Shown: positions 27,910 to 36,658 of the stretch, piece by piece | Numbering within the stretch: position 1 is the stretch's first letter | Layout of the letters: every line of letters begins with the position of its first letter | Notes under the pieces: generated by a model | The model's database searches: none | Told to the model about the DNA's origin: nothing | The model's input: the letters and a program-made list of their open reading frames with translations, nothing else | DNA from: a virus | Taxonomy: Duplodnaviria; Caudoviricetes | IMG/VR virus record: IMGVR_UViG_3300028585_000025 | Location: 1 to 62,787 of that record | Direction: 5' to 3' (one strand) | DNA: 62,787 nucleotides | Program-made: the position numbers and the translations under genes

Positions 27910-28392
27910 ATGTCTAACGGGGTAATGTGGATGATATTAGCAGGCTTTATAGCCATTGGTATGAAACTGGTCGGCACGGCAATGTCATCTCCGGCCTCGA
28001 CTGTTGCGGATCTTAAACGCTGGGCTTCTATGAAGACACCAGATTTCATTGACGCGGCTTTCACCGGGAATACCATGTTCAGCCTCACTGAACGTACGGC
28101 TAAACGCCATCTTAGCCAATTTGGTTCAAGTGGCATTGTGCAGATGTACACAGAAATATTTGCTGAACTCAGGCAATGTGTTGCAATGGATGGATGGATG
28201 GTATTAGGATCTATTGAAGATACCAACAACGGAGCTGTAAAGATCAACCTGACATTAATCAGAGAAGAAGTAACATTAGAGCGTGAATACATCGTACCTT
28301 ACTTGCACATCCTGCGAGTCACTGATACGTTCTCACCTGAAATGCTGCGTCGCTCTGTACGTGATGGACTGGTTATTAATGAAGCTGTCTGA
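27910..28392 (+). CDS. membrane-anchored hypothetical protein
   Basis: ATG 27910 after AAGGAG; N-terminal TM helix. Confidence 0.7.
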   Translation: MSNGVMWMILAGFIAIGMKLVGTAMSSPASTVADLKRWASMKTPDFIDAAFTGNTMFSLTERTAKRHLSQFGSSGIVQMYTEIFAELRQCVAMDGWMVLGSIEDTNNGAVKINLTLIREEVTLEREYIVPYLHILRVTDTFSPEMLRRSVRDGLVINEAV

Positions 28393-28411
28393 AAACTCCT
28401 CTACCTAATTC

Positions 28412-28441
28412 AGGCCAGGGTAATACCTGGCCTTTATGCCG
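28412..28441 (+). terminator. hairpin + TTTATGCCG element
   Basis: aggccagg-gtaata-cctggcct then ttatgccg. Confidence 0.75.
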
Positions 28442-28618
28442 GTTCAGGGGGTGGGTCCTAATATGCCACTACTAATTAATCAAAATGTAAAAACAGTAGA
28501 TTGGCTCGATTTTGGGCCAACTACCTAACCGACATAACTGCGCTGGGGATCCTAAGTGGTCCCCAGGCAATCAATCTAATTTAACTGACAACTTGTTTAA
28601 CACCAGGACAACGACCTC

Positions 28619-28789
28619 ATGCTGCGAACTCTCGTACGCTTTTTTAAATCAGCTGCAGTATTACCAGTCGATCAGACTGTAGCAAAACTCCAACAGGAGG
28701 TGAATGAACAACAAGCGCTTATCAATAGAATCCGTCGTCGCAATGAATCAAACATTCGCGGTGAACGTCTTCGTGATACGCGTGATTAA
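28619..28789 (+). CDS. 56-aa basic coiled-coil small protein
   Basis: MLRTLVRFFKSAAVLPVDQTVAKLQQEVNEQQALINRIRRRNESNIRGERLRDTRD; AGGA upstream. Confidence 0.5.
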   Translation: MLRTLVRFFKSAAVLPVDQTVAKLQQEVNEQQALINRIRRRNESNIRGERLRDTRD

Positions 28790-28802
28790 CCGTAGTTTAT
28801 TG

Positions 28803-28838
28803 AATGCAGAAAATCTCACACCTATATGACCTAGGTGA
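28803..28838 (+). promoter_or_regulatory. putative early promoter (TATATGAC variant)
   Basis: aATGCAGA-n6-CACACCTATATGACctagGTGA. Confidence 0.7.
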
Positions 28839-28901
28839 TATGCAGTAGTAAGCACATCAAGATTCAATCCAATTTAATTATTCGTCTAGTGAGGTATCAT
28901 C

Positions 28902-29498
28902 ATGTCAAACATCCATTCTATCAATAACATCATTCCATCTAACCCGGCCATGGCTGAAGCTTTCCAGAAAGCAGCAGAAAAAGTGTCACCGGGAATCGGT
29001 GGTGATACCTTGCAAGCTGAATCAATCAACATGACCGAACGTAGCGAAACAGCCACTCACCACTATGCCAAAGTAATGGCCAACATGACCGGTGATAAAG
29101 GAAGCAATGCCATGCACGAAACTAACGGCGAAGATGCCGACATGTTCACTTCTGTAAATGTGGTTGCTGAACCTACCTTCACTGGTAATCACGGTACCCT
29201 CAAACGTCAAGCGATTGCAACTGTCGCTTCTGTGGCAGGTAGTGCACTGGCATACAGTCTGTTGACCGGTGATGTTAAACGCACGAAAGCGGCTGCAGTC
29301 TCTAACTTAACGGTAAGTACCGCAATCATCGGTTACGGTGTTGCAAAGCGTGCCATCTTCAAACGGAAAGATCCATTGAACAGCAAAAAGCTGACCTGGA
29401 AAGAAGCACTGGGTATCGCTGCTACTAACCTGGCACTGACCGCAGGTGTCTGCAGTCTGGCTATTGTCATCAACAAGAAAGCTTCTTCAGCCGAATAA
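28902..29498 (+). CDS. membrane protein, three Ala/Gly-rich hydrophobic helices
   Basis: GAGGT RBS; hydrophobic segments in C-terminal half. Confidence 0.7.
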   Translation: MSNIHSINNIIPSNPAMAEAFQKAAEKVSPGIGGDTLQAESINMTERSETATHHYAKVMANMTGDKGSNAMHETNGEDADMFTSVNVVAEPTFTGNHGTLKRQAIATVASVAGSALAYSLLTGDVKRTKAAAVSNLTVSTAIIGYGVAKRAIFKRKDPLNSKKLTWKEALGIAATNLALTAGVCSLAIVINKKASSAE

Positions 29499-29510
29499 GG
29501 TACTGCCGTC

Positions 29511-29891
29511 ATGGAACAATTTGAAACCGTAAAAGAAGTACAAGAACCGATGGTTGATCGTGCTGTGGCAACACGCTCTATCATGCTGGGTTCAGCTATC
29601 CGTGCAGCCTCTGTGGCTGCCGGCGTTGGTATCGGTGCAATGGCACTGAAGGTCAAATCGAAAACTGCCATCCAGGCGGCAATCCTGCCAGCAGCGATCG
29701 AGCTGGCAGTGACCTATGCTTCAATCCGTGCAGCGGATGACGAGCAGCTGGAAGAGATCGCATTAGAACGCGACAGTAAAAAGAACCTCAACGACGCAGC
29801 TATCAATTTCGTGGTAGGTGCAGTCACACTCGTGGCAGGCGTATTAATCGCCCGTCAACTCACAGTGCCGGAAAAGCCGGCTGCAGAATAA
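29511..29891 (+). CDS. membrane protein, three hydrophobic helices
   Basis: AAGGT RBS; architecture like the preceding gene. Confidence 0.7.
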   Translation: MEQFETVKEVQEPMVDRAVATRSIMLGSAIRAASVAAGVGIGAMALKVKSKTAIQAAILPAAIELAVTYASIRAADDEQLEEIALERDSKKNLNDAAINFVVGAVTLVAGVLIARQLTVPEKPAAE

Positions 29892-29904
29892 AAAGGAACT
29901 AGCC

Positions 29905-30093
29905 ATGTTCAACAATCAGAAATGTGTAGAAGAGCCAGCATGTGAAGTAGAAATCCGCGTTGGCATTCAGATCGTGGGCATGGCTATGGGCTGTGTCCTC
30001 GCACAGAGCGAATCTACCTGGACTAAGGCATGTGGCGTGGGTTTGACCACGGCTTCATTCCTGTCCCTGATCAAGAAGCTGTCTAAGATCTAA
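29905..30093 (+). CDS. small two-helix membrane protein
   Basis: AAGGA RBS; two hydrophobic segments. Confidence 0.65.
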   Translation: MFNNQKCVEEPACEVEIRVGIQIVGMAMGCVLAQSESTWTKACGVGLTTASFLSLIKKLSKI

Positions 30094-30102
30094 GGATCTG
30101 CC

Positions 30103-30372
30103 ATGTTAAGTAAACGTAAATTAAAACGTCGTGCTCAAACGCGGCTGTTTCGCGCTGCAATGATTACCCCATTGCTGGTCAAACGTGCCCAAGCAAAAAC
30201 GGGTTACGATTCGGTTCAGCAACGGTTGCTTAGCAGCAAACACATCGATGATGGCGGTAAGACGTACCGAGCGTTTCTCGGTATGAACAACCACTATGCC
30301 GATGAGTACAACCGCCTGACCTGTATCATTGAACGTCGGTTGCATCAACAACCAAAGCACGAACAGTACTAA
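30103..30372 (+). CDS. basic hypothetical protein
   Basis: AAGGA RBS; K/R-rich N-terminus. Confidence 0.65.
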   Translation: MLSKRKLKRRAQTRLFRAAMITPLLVKRAQAKTGYDSVQQRLLSSKHIDDGGKTYRAFLGMNNHYADEYNRLTCIIERRLHQQPKHEQY

Positions 30373-30443
30373 GCAGTACCGTAACAATCAATTACCCAAA
30401 CCAAACAAACTTCAATTAACCTAACTGTATAAGTGAGAATACC

Positions 30444-30734
30444 ATGAAAACTGAATCAATCACTGCAATCAACGAAACTGCAAAAACTGCTGGCGCAACT
30501 ATTGAAGCGGTTGTTAAAGACGAGCTGTTCGGTAAAGTCAAAACTGTCGTTGAACCATCTGTCGCTAAGAAGGTGGTCAAAGGCACTCTTATCGGTGCCG
30601 GTGTTCTGGCGCTGGTAGCCGGTGGTTTCTACGGTTACAAAGTGCTGAAGAAAACCAAATCAATCACCATCGTGACTGATGAAACTTCCAGCGATCCAGC
30701 AGTCGATGTTACGGTTGACGAAACCGCAGCATAA
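30444..30734 (+). CDS. single-pass membrane protein
   Basis: TLIGAGVLALVAGGFYGY helix. Confidence 0.7.
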   Translation: MKTESITAINETAKTAGATIEAVVKDELFGKVKTVVEPSVAKKVVKGTLIGAGVLALVAGGFYGYKVLKKTKSITIVTDETSSDPAVDVTVDETAA

Positions 30735-30741
30735 TTTTGTG

Positions 30742-30789
30742 AGGGCTAGGGAATCCTAGCCCCACTCTTTCCTCTTTCTTTTTTTTTTT
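30742..30789 (+). terminator. intrinsic terminator
   Basis: gggctagg-gaat-cctagccc then pyrimidine/T tract. Confidence 0.7.
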
Positions 30790-30803
30790 GTTTCGAGGTA
30801 TGT

Positions 30804-31274
30804 ATGCACGTTATTACTATCGGTGCAGTAGCGATACTGCTATTTATTACCTTCCTGATTTTATCGGAATGGCGGTTACGTGCTAGTAAGAATCTTATCT
30901 TCCGTGAGATCACGAAGATCGCTTACTCAGTCCTGCGTTACACAGAAGTAAAAGAAGTCACGCCAGAGATCTATCTCATCTGTGCAGAACTGCAATCACG
31001 TATGATCAAGATGGGTAATTTCTCAATCACCCCACGTGATAAAGAGATCGCCATGTCCATCGCTAAATACATTGCAGTGTTTGGTAATCAACGCGTACGT
31101 GACCCAGTGGTGTTACTAACCGTTATTGCTAGACGCTTAAATGAGTTTGATGGCATCTCGGCTAAATCACTGACTACCACCAATGGACGCATGGAACTCG
31201 TTATAGGACATGACGATGCTACCGACTATGATCGTATCATCTTTCGCTTCAACTCTACCCAGACGTTGTTTTAG
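30804..31274 (+). CDS. membrane-anchored hypothetical protein
   Basis: GAGGT RBS; N-terminal TM helix. Confidence 0.7.
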   Translation: MHVITIGAVAILLFITFLILSEWRLRASKNLIFREITKIAYSVLRYTEVKEVTPEIYLICAELQSRMIKMGNFSITPRDKEIAMSIAKYIAVFGNQRVRDPVVLLTVIARRLNEFDGISAKSLTTTNGRMELVIGHDDATDYDRIIFRFNSTQTLF

Positions 31275-31275
31275 G

Positions 31276-31312
31276 CGGCATAAAGGGCAGGGTTTCCCCC
31301 GCCCTCTTTTAT
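31276..31312. terminator. bidirectional terminator (minus strand hairpin+TTTATGCCG; plus strand hairpin+T run)
   Basis: cggcataaa-gggcaggg-tttc-cccgccc-tctttt. Confidence 0.7.
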
Positions 31313-31953
31313 TTACTGGTAAGACGTGTTTCGTAGTCTGCAATGATTGCGCGTAACTGACTGACTTCTGCCGTTAGTGCCAATACCTGGGCATGCTCAG
31401 TAGTACGACGCTTAATTGCATTTAACCGATTGATCTCATTCAGGCGATATTGTTCAGCTGTCACCGCATTAGTAGAAGGTGCGACGGCAATGGCAATTGA
31501 CGGTTCTACACCGATGAGGTCACTGATGTCTGCTTTAATAACATCCTGAACCTGGGTTAACTGCGAAACAATAGAAGAAGGCAACGCGCCAAGCGACATT
31601 GACATCACGATGTACTCGTATTGAATTGCTGAGTCATCAGGGAATTGGGTGATGTACGTGCTTGGGATATATACCGGTGGAACGCCTGTGCCTTGGAGTG
31701 TGATGATATTAGCGTTAGCCAATACATCGTTATCCATGTTCGTTTGCGCAAGTCCAACCGGTGTATATACGCGTCCCAGGATATCCACATTTAATGACTG
31801 CAGATCTTGGAACGTGCGGATTGCTTCTACTTCGTAAATGATACCCGGATCAATCTTGGTGGTATCGCCCGATCCCGCTGTGGTTTGATAAGGCGCATTA
31901 ACCTTAAACAAACCTTTGGTATTAATCGGGGGCGTTAAAGAGGTAACCGCCAT
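31309..31953 (-). CDS. putative virion structural protein
   Basis: 214 aa; minus-strand pair upstream of RNase H as recalled for phiKZ-like phages. Confidence 0.6.
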   Translation of the reverse strand: MAVTSLTPPINTKGLFKVNAPYQTTAGSGDTTKIDPGIIYEVEAIRTFQDLQSLNVDILGRVYTPVGLAQTNMDNDVLANANIITLQGTGVPPVYIPSTYITQFPDDSAIQYEYIVMSMSLGALPSSIVSQLTQVQDVIKADISDLIGVEPSIAIAVAPSTNAVTAEQYRLNEINRLNAIKRRTTEHAQVLALTAEVSQLRAIIADYETRLTSK

Positions 31954-31963
31954 GTATTACTCC

Positions 31964-33286
31964 TTATGCGTACAGTGACTCAACATAAGGTTTCGCCACT
32001 ACCAGGAACTTAATCCCGTTAACTGATTTAGCTGCGCAGACAACACCATCGCGCACAACACGCGAAACCCCATCAGGAAGCTCAGAGAACTCAGTCATGG
32101 TTTCTGCTGCTTTGAGCATAACCTGGGCCTGGTAAATGAAGTCCTGGGTTTCTGGTGAAATGCGGTCAAACTCAACGTCTTGTGAACTGATCAGTGCGTA
32201 ATCAGGATACAATTCTTTAAGTTTGATCTGACCATCGCGGTTAGTTGGTTTAGCAACAGCGTACAGCGCCAGGGATTTGGTCAATGACGGGAATACCTGC
32301 AGCGAGGCTTTGATGTGGTCAGCGTCGTACCACTTCATCACTTTGGTTGGCATTTCCAGCATTGTTTCAAAATCGATAACAGGTGAGTTAACACCGGCTT
32401 CGGTTGTTTTGTTAGGAATGCTATAGGACCGCCAGTCTGGCGCAATCACGTACTCGATCGGGTTAAACAGGTCGGGGATTACCAGTGCCCATTCTTCCTC
32501 TGTGAACTTCGAATTAGCCAGGATATCGGCTTTCAACAGTTCATAGATCGCGTCATCGTTATTACCATTCTTACCATAACCAACGATGGGGAAGTAACCC
32601 AACTGCCAACGTGTTGTATTTTCTTTATCGTAGATCTTAAATGAGATCTCGTTAATGAAGGTTGGCGGGTTCACACCCATCAGCTTATTGATGTTGCTTG
32701 CCACATCACCTTTGGTGACCGCATCGATAGCCGCTTTTGCTGTTGCATAGTCTTCGTGCAACACGTCGATATTCGACAATGGGACAGGGTAGTCTGCAAA
32801 GAGTTCATAGCGCGGATAACTAAGCTCAAATGACTCGTCACTCAGCCACACCTTGACAATATTGTCAGATGCATCGGATCCGATACTGCCAGAAATCCAT
32901 TCAGGTGCCCAGTTCTTGCCATCAGTGATCATGTCACCAATAGTCAGGTTAACCCAGCTTGAATCAAAGTCGGCCTTGATCTGTTGCAATGCAACAATCT
33001 TGTCGTTGGTGAACCGACCGTCTACAATACGCGGCAGCATCCAAGCTTGTAGCTTGAGAATCGCCAGCTGGTAGGTGGTCATCTGAGAAGCACTAATGGG
33101 TACGTTGTTCTCATCTACCGCAGTGAAAGCTAAAAAAGCTGTGCCTGCCTGATCCGTGTTAGTGTACGTCCCAACTTCCCGTGAGAAAGAGATTGAGAGT
33201 TGCGATAATTCGCCAATGGGGTTTGTAACACCTTTCTGGTTGTTATTCAGTGACGGATACACCGAAAACCCTAGAATCGTTTTCAT
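31964..33286 (-). CDS. putative virion structural (baseplate-associated) protein
   Basis: 440 aa; N-terminal NN..G...PIGELS; synteny with phiKZ-like core. Confidence 0.6.
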   Translation of the reverse strand: MKTILGFSVYPSLNNNQKGVTNPIGELSQLSISFSREVGTYTNTDQAGTAFLAFTAVDENNVPISASQMTTYQLAILKLQAWMLPRIVDGRFTNDKIVALQQIKADFDSSWVNLTIGDMITDGKNWAPEWISGSIGSDASDNIVKVWLSDESFELSYPRYELFADYPVPLSNIDVLHEDYATAKAAIDAVTKGDVASNINKLMGVNPPTFINEISFKIYDKENTTRWQLGYFPIVGYGKNGNNDDAIYELLKADILANSKFTEEEWALVIPDLFNPIEYVIAPDWRSYSIPNKTTEAGVNSPVIDFETMLEMPTKVMKWYDADHIKASLQVFPSLTKSLALYAVAKPTNRDGQIKLKELYPDYALISSQDVEFDRISPETQDFIYQAQVMLKAAETMTEFSELPDGVSRVVRDGVVCAAKSVNGIKFLVVAKPYVESLYA

Positions 33287-33364
33287 AGCTCGCCCTTTAC
33301 ATGGGATGGGATTAAATACATAACATTTAACACAGCGATATGAGTGCCTGTAGGGAGACCAGAC

Positions 33365-33775
33365 GTGTTATGGTTAAAGCTATTCTTTTGGAGTCTGCCC
33401 TTCATTAAGAAACGTTCTAAAACGTTTATGGCCGATGGTGCTACTCGTTACAATGCATCGAAAAAAGCACGTGGTTGGTTTTACGCTATTGCGATTGCAT
33501 TCTTTCTATTCCTTGGGGTTATTACGTGGGGTTATCGTCAGTACGATTTTCTGACAAAGCAAAACCGCCAGATGACTGTGGAGATATCTCAGCTCAAAGG
33601 CCGTATTGATGTCTACCCAACCCTATCTGACACAATTGAGCAAAACCGTCTCCTATTATCGCAAAACCGTGATCTTGCTGACGAATTAATTAAAACTCGT
33701 CAAAGTAATCGTGAATTGTATTCCGACAACGTAAAACTGCAAGATCAAATCGATAAGTTGAAACTTAAGAAATAA
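33365..33775 (+). CDS. membrane protein with TM helix and coiled coil (possible inner-membrane spanin-like)
   Basis: GTG 33365 after GGGAG; FYAIAIAFFLFLGVITW then heptad repeats. Confidence 0.55.
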   Translation: MLWLKLFFWSLPFIKKRSKTFMADGATRYNASKKARGWFYAIAIAFFLFLGVITWGYRQYDFLTKQNRQMTVEISQLKGRIDVYPTLSDTIEQNRLLLSQNRDLADELIKTRQSNRELYSDNVKLQDQIDKLKLKK

Positions 33776-33843
33776 CGCCCGTTTTGGTAATTTATTACGT
33801 GGTTGATCAATTATAAGAGAGATATTGTTTATTCGAGGGCGTT

Positions 33844-35364
33844 ATGGATAAGTTACCTACTACTTCGCTGCCAAAGGTATCGATGGTTCTTTACACCGAT
33901 GGCGGTTGTCGTCAGAAGGTCGGCGGATGGGGTATTCATGGATACACCTGGTTGCTGGAAGATGATGACAAAAAGAAAAAGAAGAAGCCGGCACGTGACG
34001 TCCCGTCAACGACTGGCTATATCGTAAAGGATGACCCTAAGCTTGAAAACCGTGAAGTGGTTCGTCCATATCAGGTAATTGAAGGCTTCGGTGGCATTCT
34101 GCCCGATACGACCAATAACGTTGCTGAACTCCGGGCAACGATTAATGGCATTGACTTAGCACTACAGCACAACACTGATAAGATCCTTGTCATCTCGGAC
34201 TCCGAATATGTTGGTAAGAATATCCGGGGTTCGCTCCATCGTTGGCAAGCCAATGGCTGGAAGAAGGCTGATGGCGGGGAAGTCGCAAACCGTGGTCTGT
34301 GGGAAACCATGATCACAAAGCTCGACGAATTAAAGTATCGCGGCATCAAGTTCGATATCGAATGGCTCAAAGGCCACGCCGGTCATCGTGGTAACCAGTT
34401 CGCTGATTACATGGCAACACGTGGTGTGTTCAAAGGCCGCGCTGGGGATGATAAAGATTACATTCAAACCCAGGATGCTGCAGAGTACGAAAAGTATAAA
34501 ACAGAACGTCCTCGTTTTGTCACCCACTCGCGCTGGTACTTCACGCTTCAAGACGAGAAGCTGATGAACAAGAACGAACAGGGGATGTACGAGTATTGCT
34601 TTGGCCATCCAAGCAAAGGCGACTCTGATCAAGTTTATCTTGGGAAGGCTTTAGCCGATACCGCTTTCAGCGTCGTTTGGTTGAAAGCTCCTGAAGAATG
34701 TTTAGATTTAGTCTACACCCGCACCAAGGAAATCTCGACTAACGTTTACGGTAACGCATTCATTGGTCGACTGGATAACATTTACAATCCATTCATTCAC
34801 AAAGAGATCATGGACTATGGTGCGTCATTGCTGCAGCGTGCAAACAGCTACAACAACGATATCACTAACTGTACCGATGCTCTTGTGGTGCGTGAATGTA
34901 ATCCGCCTGGGATCTCTTATCGTGCATTAACTAACCTTGCGTATATGTCGCGGACGCTGGGTGGTTTTGTCACGGGTGACTTGCCACCGGATGTATCGGT
35001 GATTGACATTACGGACAGTGTCTATCAGACAGTTGCCGGTAAGAAATCTGAGAAGTTGGCGTTGGTGGATGGCATTACTCAAATCGCCAAGGCCATCAAG
35101 GTCAGTGTACCGTGTAAGGAACTCCTCGGTAAAGATGTATCCGTGGATGTTACCTGCACGCTCGGTTTAAGCATGCCTAACCGTAATACATTAAACGGTA
35201 TTACTGAGCTTAACCCGAAGGTATACCTGTACCTGATCAAGGAGTCCGACATTGCATTCCGCTACGGATCGATCGTGGTATGTGATGAAGGGTACTGCAT
35301 CATGGCTAATGTCTACGCTGACTTACGTACGTTATCAAAGAAGGATCTTGAGCGTTGTAGTTAG
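33844..35364 (+). CDS. rnhA: ribonuclease H (phiKZ-type, with C-terminal extension)
   Basis: LYTDGGC, TNNVAEL, ISDSEY, W..NGWKK, WLKGHAGHRGNQFAD. Confidence 0.9.
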   Translation: MDKLPTTSLPKVSMVLYTDGGCRQKVGGWGIHGYTWLLEDDDKKKKKKPARDVPSTTGYIVKDDPKLENREVVRPYQVIEGFGGILPDTTNNVAELRATINGIDLALQHNTDKILVISDSEYVGKNIRGSLHRWQANGWKKADGGEVANRGLWETMITKLDELKYRGIKFDIEWLKGHAGHRGNQFADYMATRGVFKGRAGDDKDYIQTQDAAEYEKYKTERPRFVTHSRWYFTLQDEKLMNKNEQGMYEYCFGHPSKGDSDQVYLGKALADTAFSVVWLKAPEECLDLVYTRTKEISTNVYGNAFIGRLDNIYNPFIHKEIMDYGASLLQRANSYNNDITNCTDALVVRECNPPGISYRALTNLAYMSRTLGGFVTGDLPPDVSVIDITDSVYQTVAGKKSEKLALVDGITQIAKAIKVSVPCKELLGKDVSVDVTCTLGLSMPNRNTLNGITELNPKVYLYLIKESDIAFRYGSIVVCDEGYCIMANVYADLRTLSKKDLERCS

Positions 35365-35376
35365 CAGGAGTGTAAT

Positions 35377-35733
35377 GTGACAACATTATTTGCCGGTGCA
35401 CCAACAAAGCTCCCTATGATGGACCTGTCCGCACTCATCGACCCTGACCGGGATGTTGAGTCGCGGATGAAACGGAAACTGTTATTGACTTTCGTTTGTC
35501 ATCGCCGTAAACCTCGCGCCAGTGCCGATGAACTTAATCGGCTACACCATCTTGATGAGGATTCAGGTGATGTCGAGCAGTGTCTTGATTACATTGCTCG
35601 GATGGGTTCAGAGTTTAATGAAGCTTATGAAGGTGTGGACTTTAACGATATCATGGATGTCATGAACCATACGCCACGGTGGCTACGTTACGGTTCGACC
35701 ATTGAGATGTGGTCAGATCTAAAGCAGTTGTAG
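35377..35733 (+). CDS. hypothetical protein
   Basis: GTG start after AGGAG. Confidence 0.65.
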   Translation: MTTLFAGAPTKLPMMDLSALIDPDRDVESRMKRKLLLTFVCHRRKPRASADELNRLHHLDEDSGDVEQCLDYIARMGSEFNEAYEGVDFNDIMDVMNHTPRWLRYGSTIEMWSDLKQL

Positions 35734-35781
35734 GGCATAAGAGGAGGGCACTAGCCCTCCTCTATTTATGCTCATTTTTTT
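35733..35781. terminator. bidirectional hairpin flanked by GGCATAA / TTATGC
   Basis: ggcataa-gaggaggg-cactag-ccctcctc-tatttatgctc + T run, between convergent genes. Confidence 0.8.
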
Positions 35782-36577
35782 ATTTTACTTCCACGGCGAG
35801 TTTCTTAGCCGAGTTCGTAAGCGCAGTACCGGTAGCGATGAATAGTGTATTACATACGCTATACAGATCAATGGCACGTGCCGTATCCAGCATGACTTTC
35901 GCCAGCAGATCAACATCGGGCTTGGTGATTTTAATATCACCTGACTCAATTTGAGCATAGATAACGTCCGTGAGTTCAGCAACACGTTTAACCGCGGCAT
36001 TCAGATCACGCACGTTCCCGCGTTTAATAGATTCAACTAATTTGTTGAAGTCATCGTACGCGGTGATGAATTCAATCATGTTAGCAAAACGAGAAGCGAA
36101 TGAAACTGTAGTAACATCTTTACCGCCTAAGCTTTTGCCAAGAACGGATTCAACTTTACCCAGTGTCATTTTATCGATCGTGGGCGCGTAGGCGACGCTT
36201 GCCTTACCGGCAGCCACCTGACCCAGCCAGCTTTGCAGCTTATTCAGATGATCAGTCTCTAACAGCACGCAGAAATTACGTACTGTCTGCAGGTTACCAA
36301 TCCACTCTTTATAAGAGATGTTCAGACGGGCAGGCTGATACACTTGCAGATCCATGAAGTCAGTGTAGTTATGTGTCTTCACAGCTTTTGCAACCGGTGA
36401 GAAATCCGCATACACCATCGCAGTGGATGTGTCGTAGATCTTATCACCGAAGAACTTCTTTACACCATCAAAGAAGTTACGAACGGGGGCAATTAGGTCA
36501 AGGCCCTCTAAGCCTGTACCAGTCGACTCACGCAGTCCACGGTAATCGGCTTCTAGGTTATCAATGTTGTACGACAT
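35780..36577 (-). CDS. putative internal head protein with protease-cleaved propeptide
   Basis: N-terminal ..TGTGLE-GL matches the phiKZ-type S/A/G-x-E site; divergent from uvsX. Confidence 0.6.
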   Translation of the reverse strand: MSYNIDNLEADYRGLRESTGTGLEGLDLIAPVRNFFDGVKKFFGDKIYDTSTAMVYADFSPVAKAVKTHNYTDFMDLQVYQPARLNISYKEWIGNLQTVRNFCVLLETDHLNKLQSWLGQVAAGKASVAYAPTIDKMTLGKVESVLGKSLGGKDVTTVSFASRFANMIEFITAYDDFNKLVESIKRGNVRDLNAAVKRVAELTDVIYAQIESGDIKITKPDVDLLAKVMLDTARAIDLYSVCNTLFIATGTALTNSAKKLAVEVK

Positions 36578-36658
36578 ATGTACTCCGTGAGGGAAAAGTA
36601 ATCTGTTACATAAGATGACTTATTATGAAGGTATTATTAATTACAAGGACCACACACA

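Noticed and set aside
30770-30790. Poly-T tracts (also 8403, 21964, 44069, 45213) as phase-variation sites
   Set aside because: All are intergenic and follow hairpins, consistent with terminator tails
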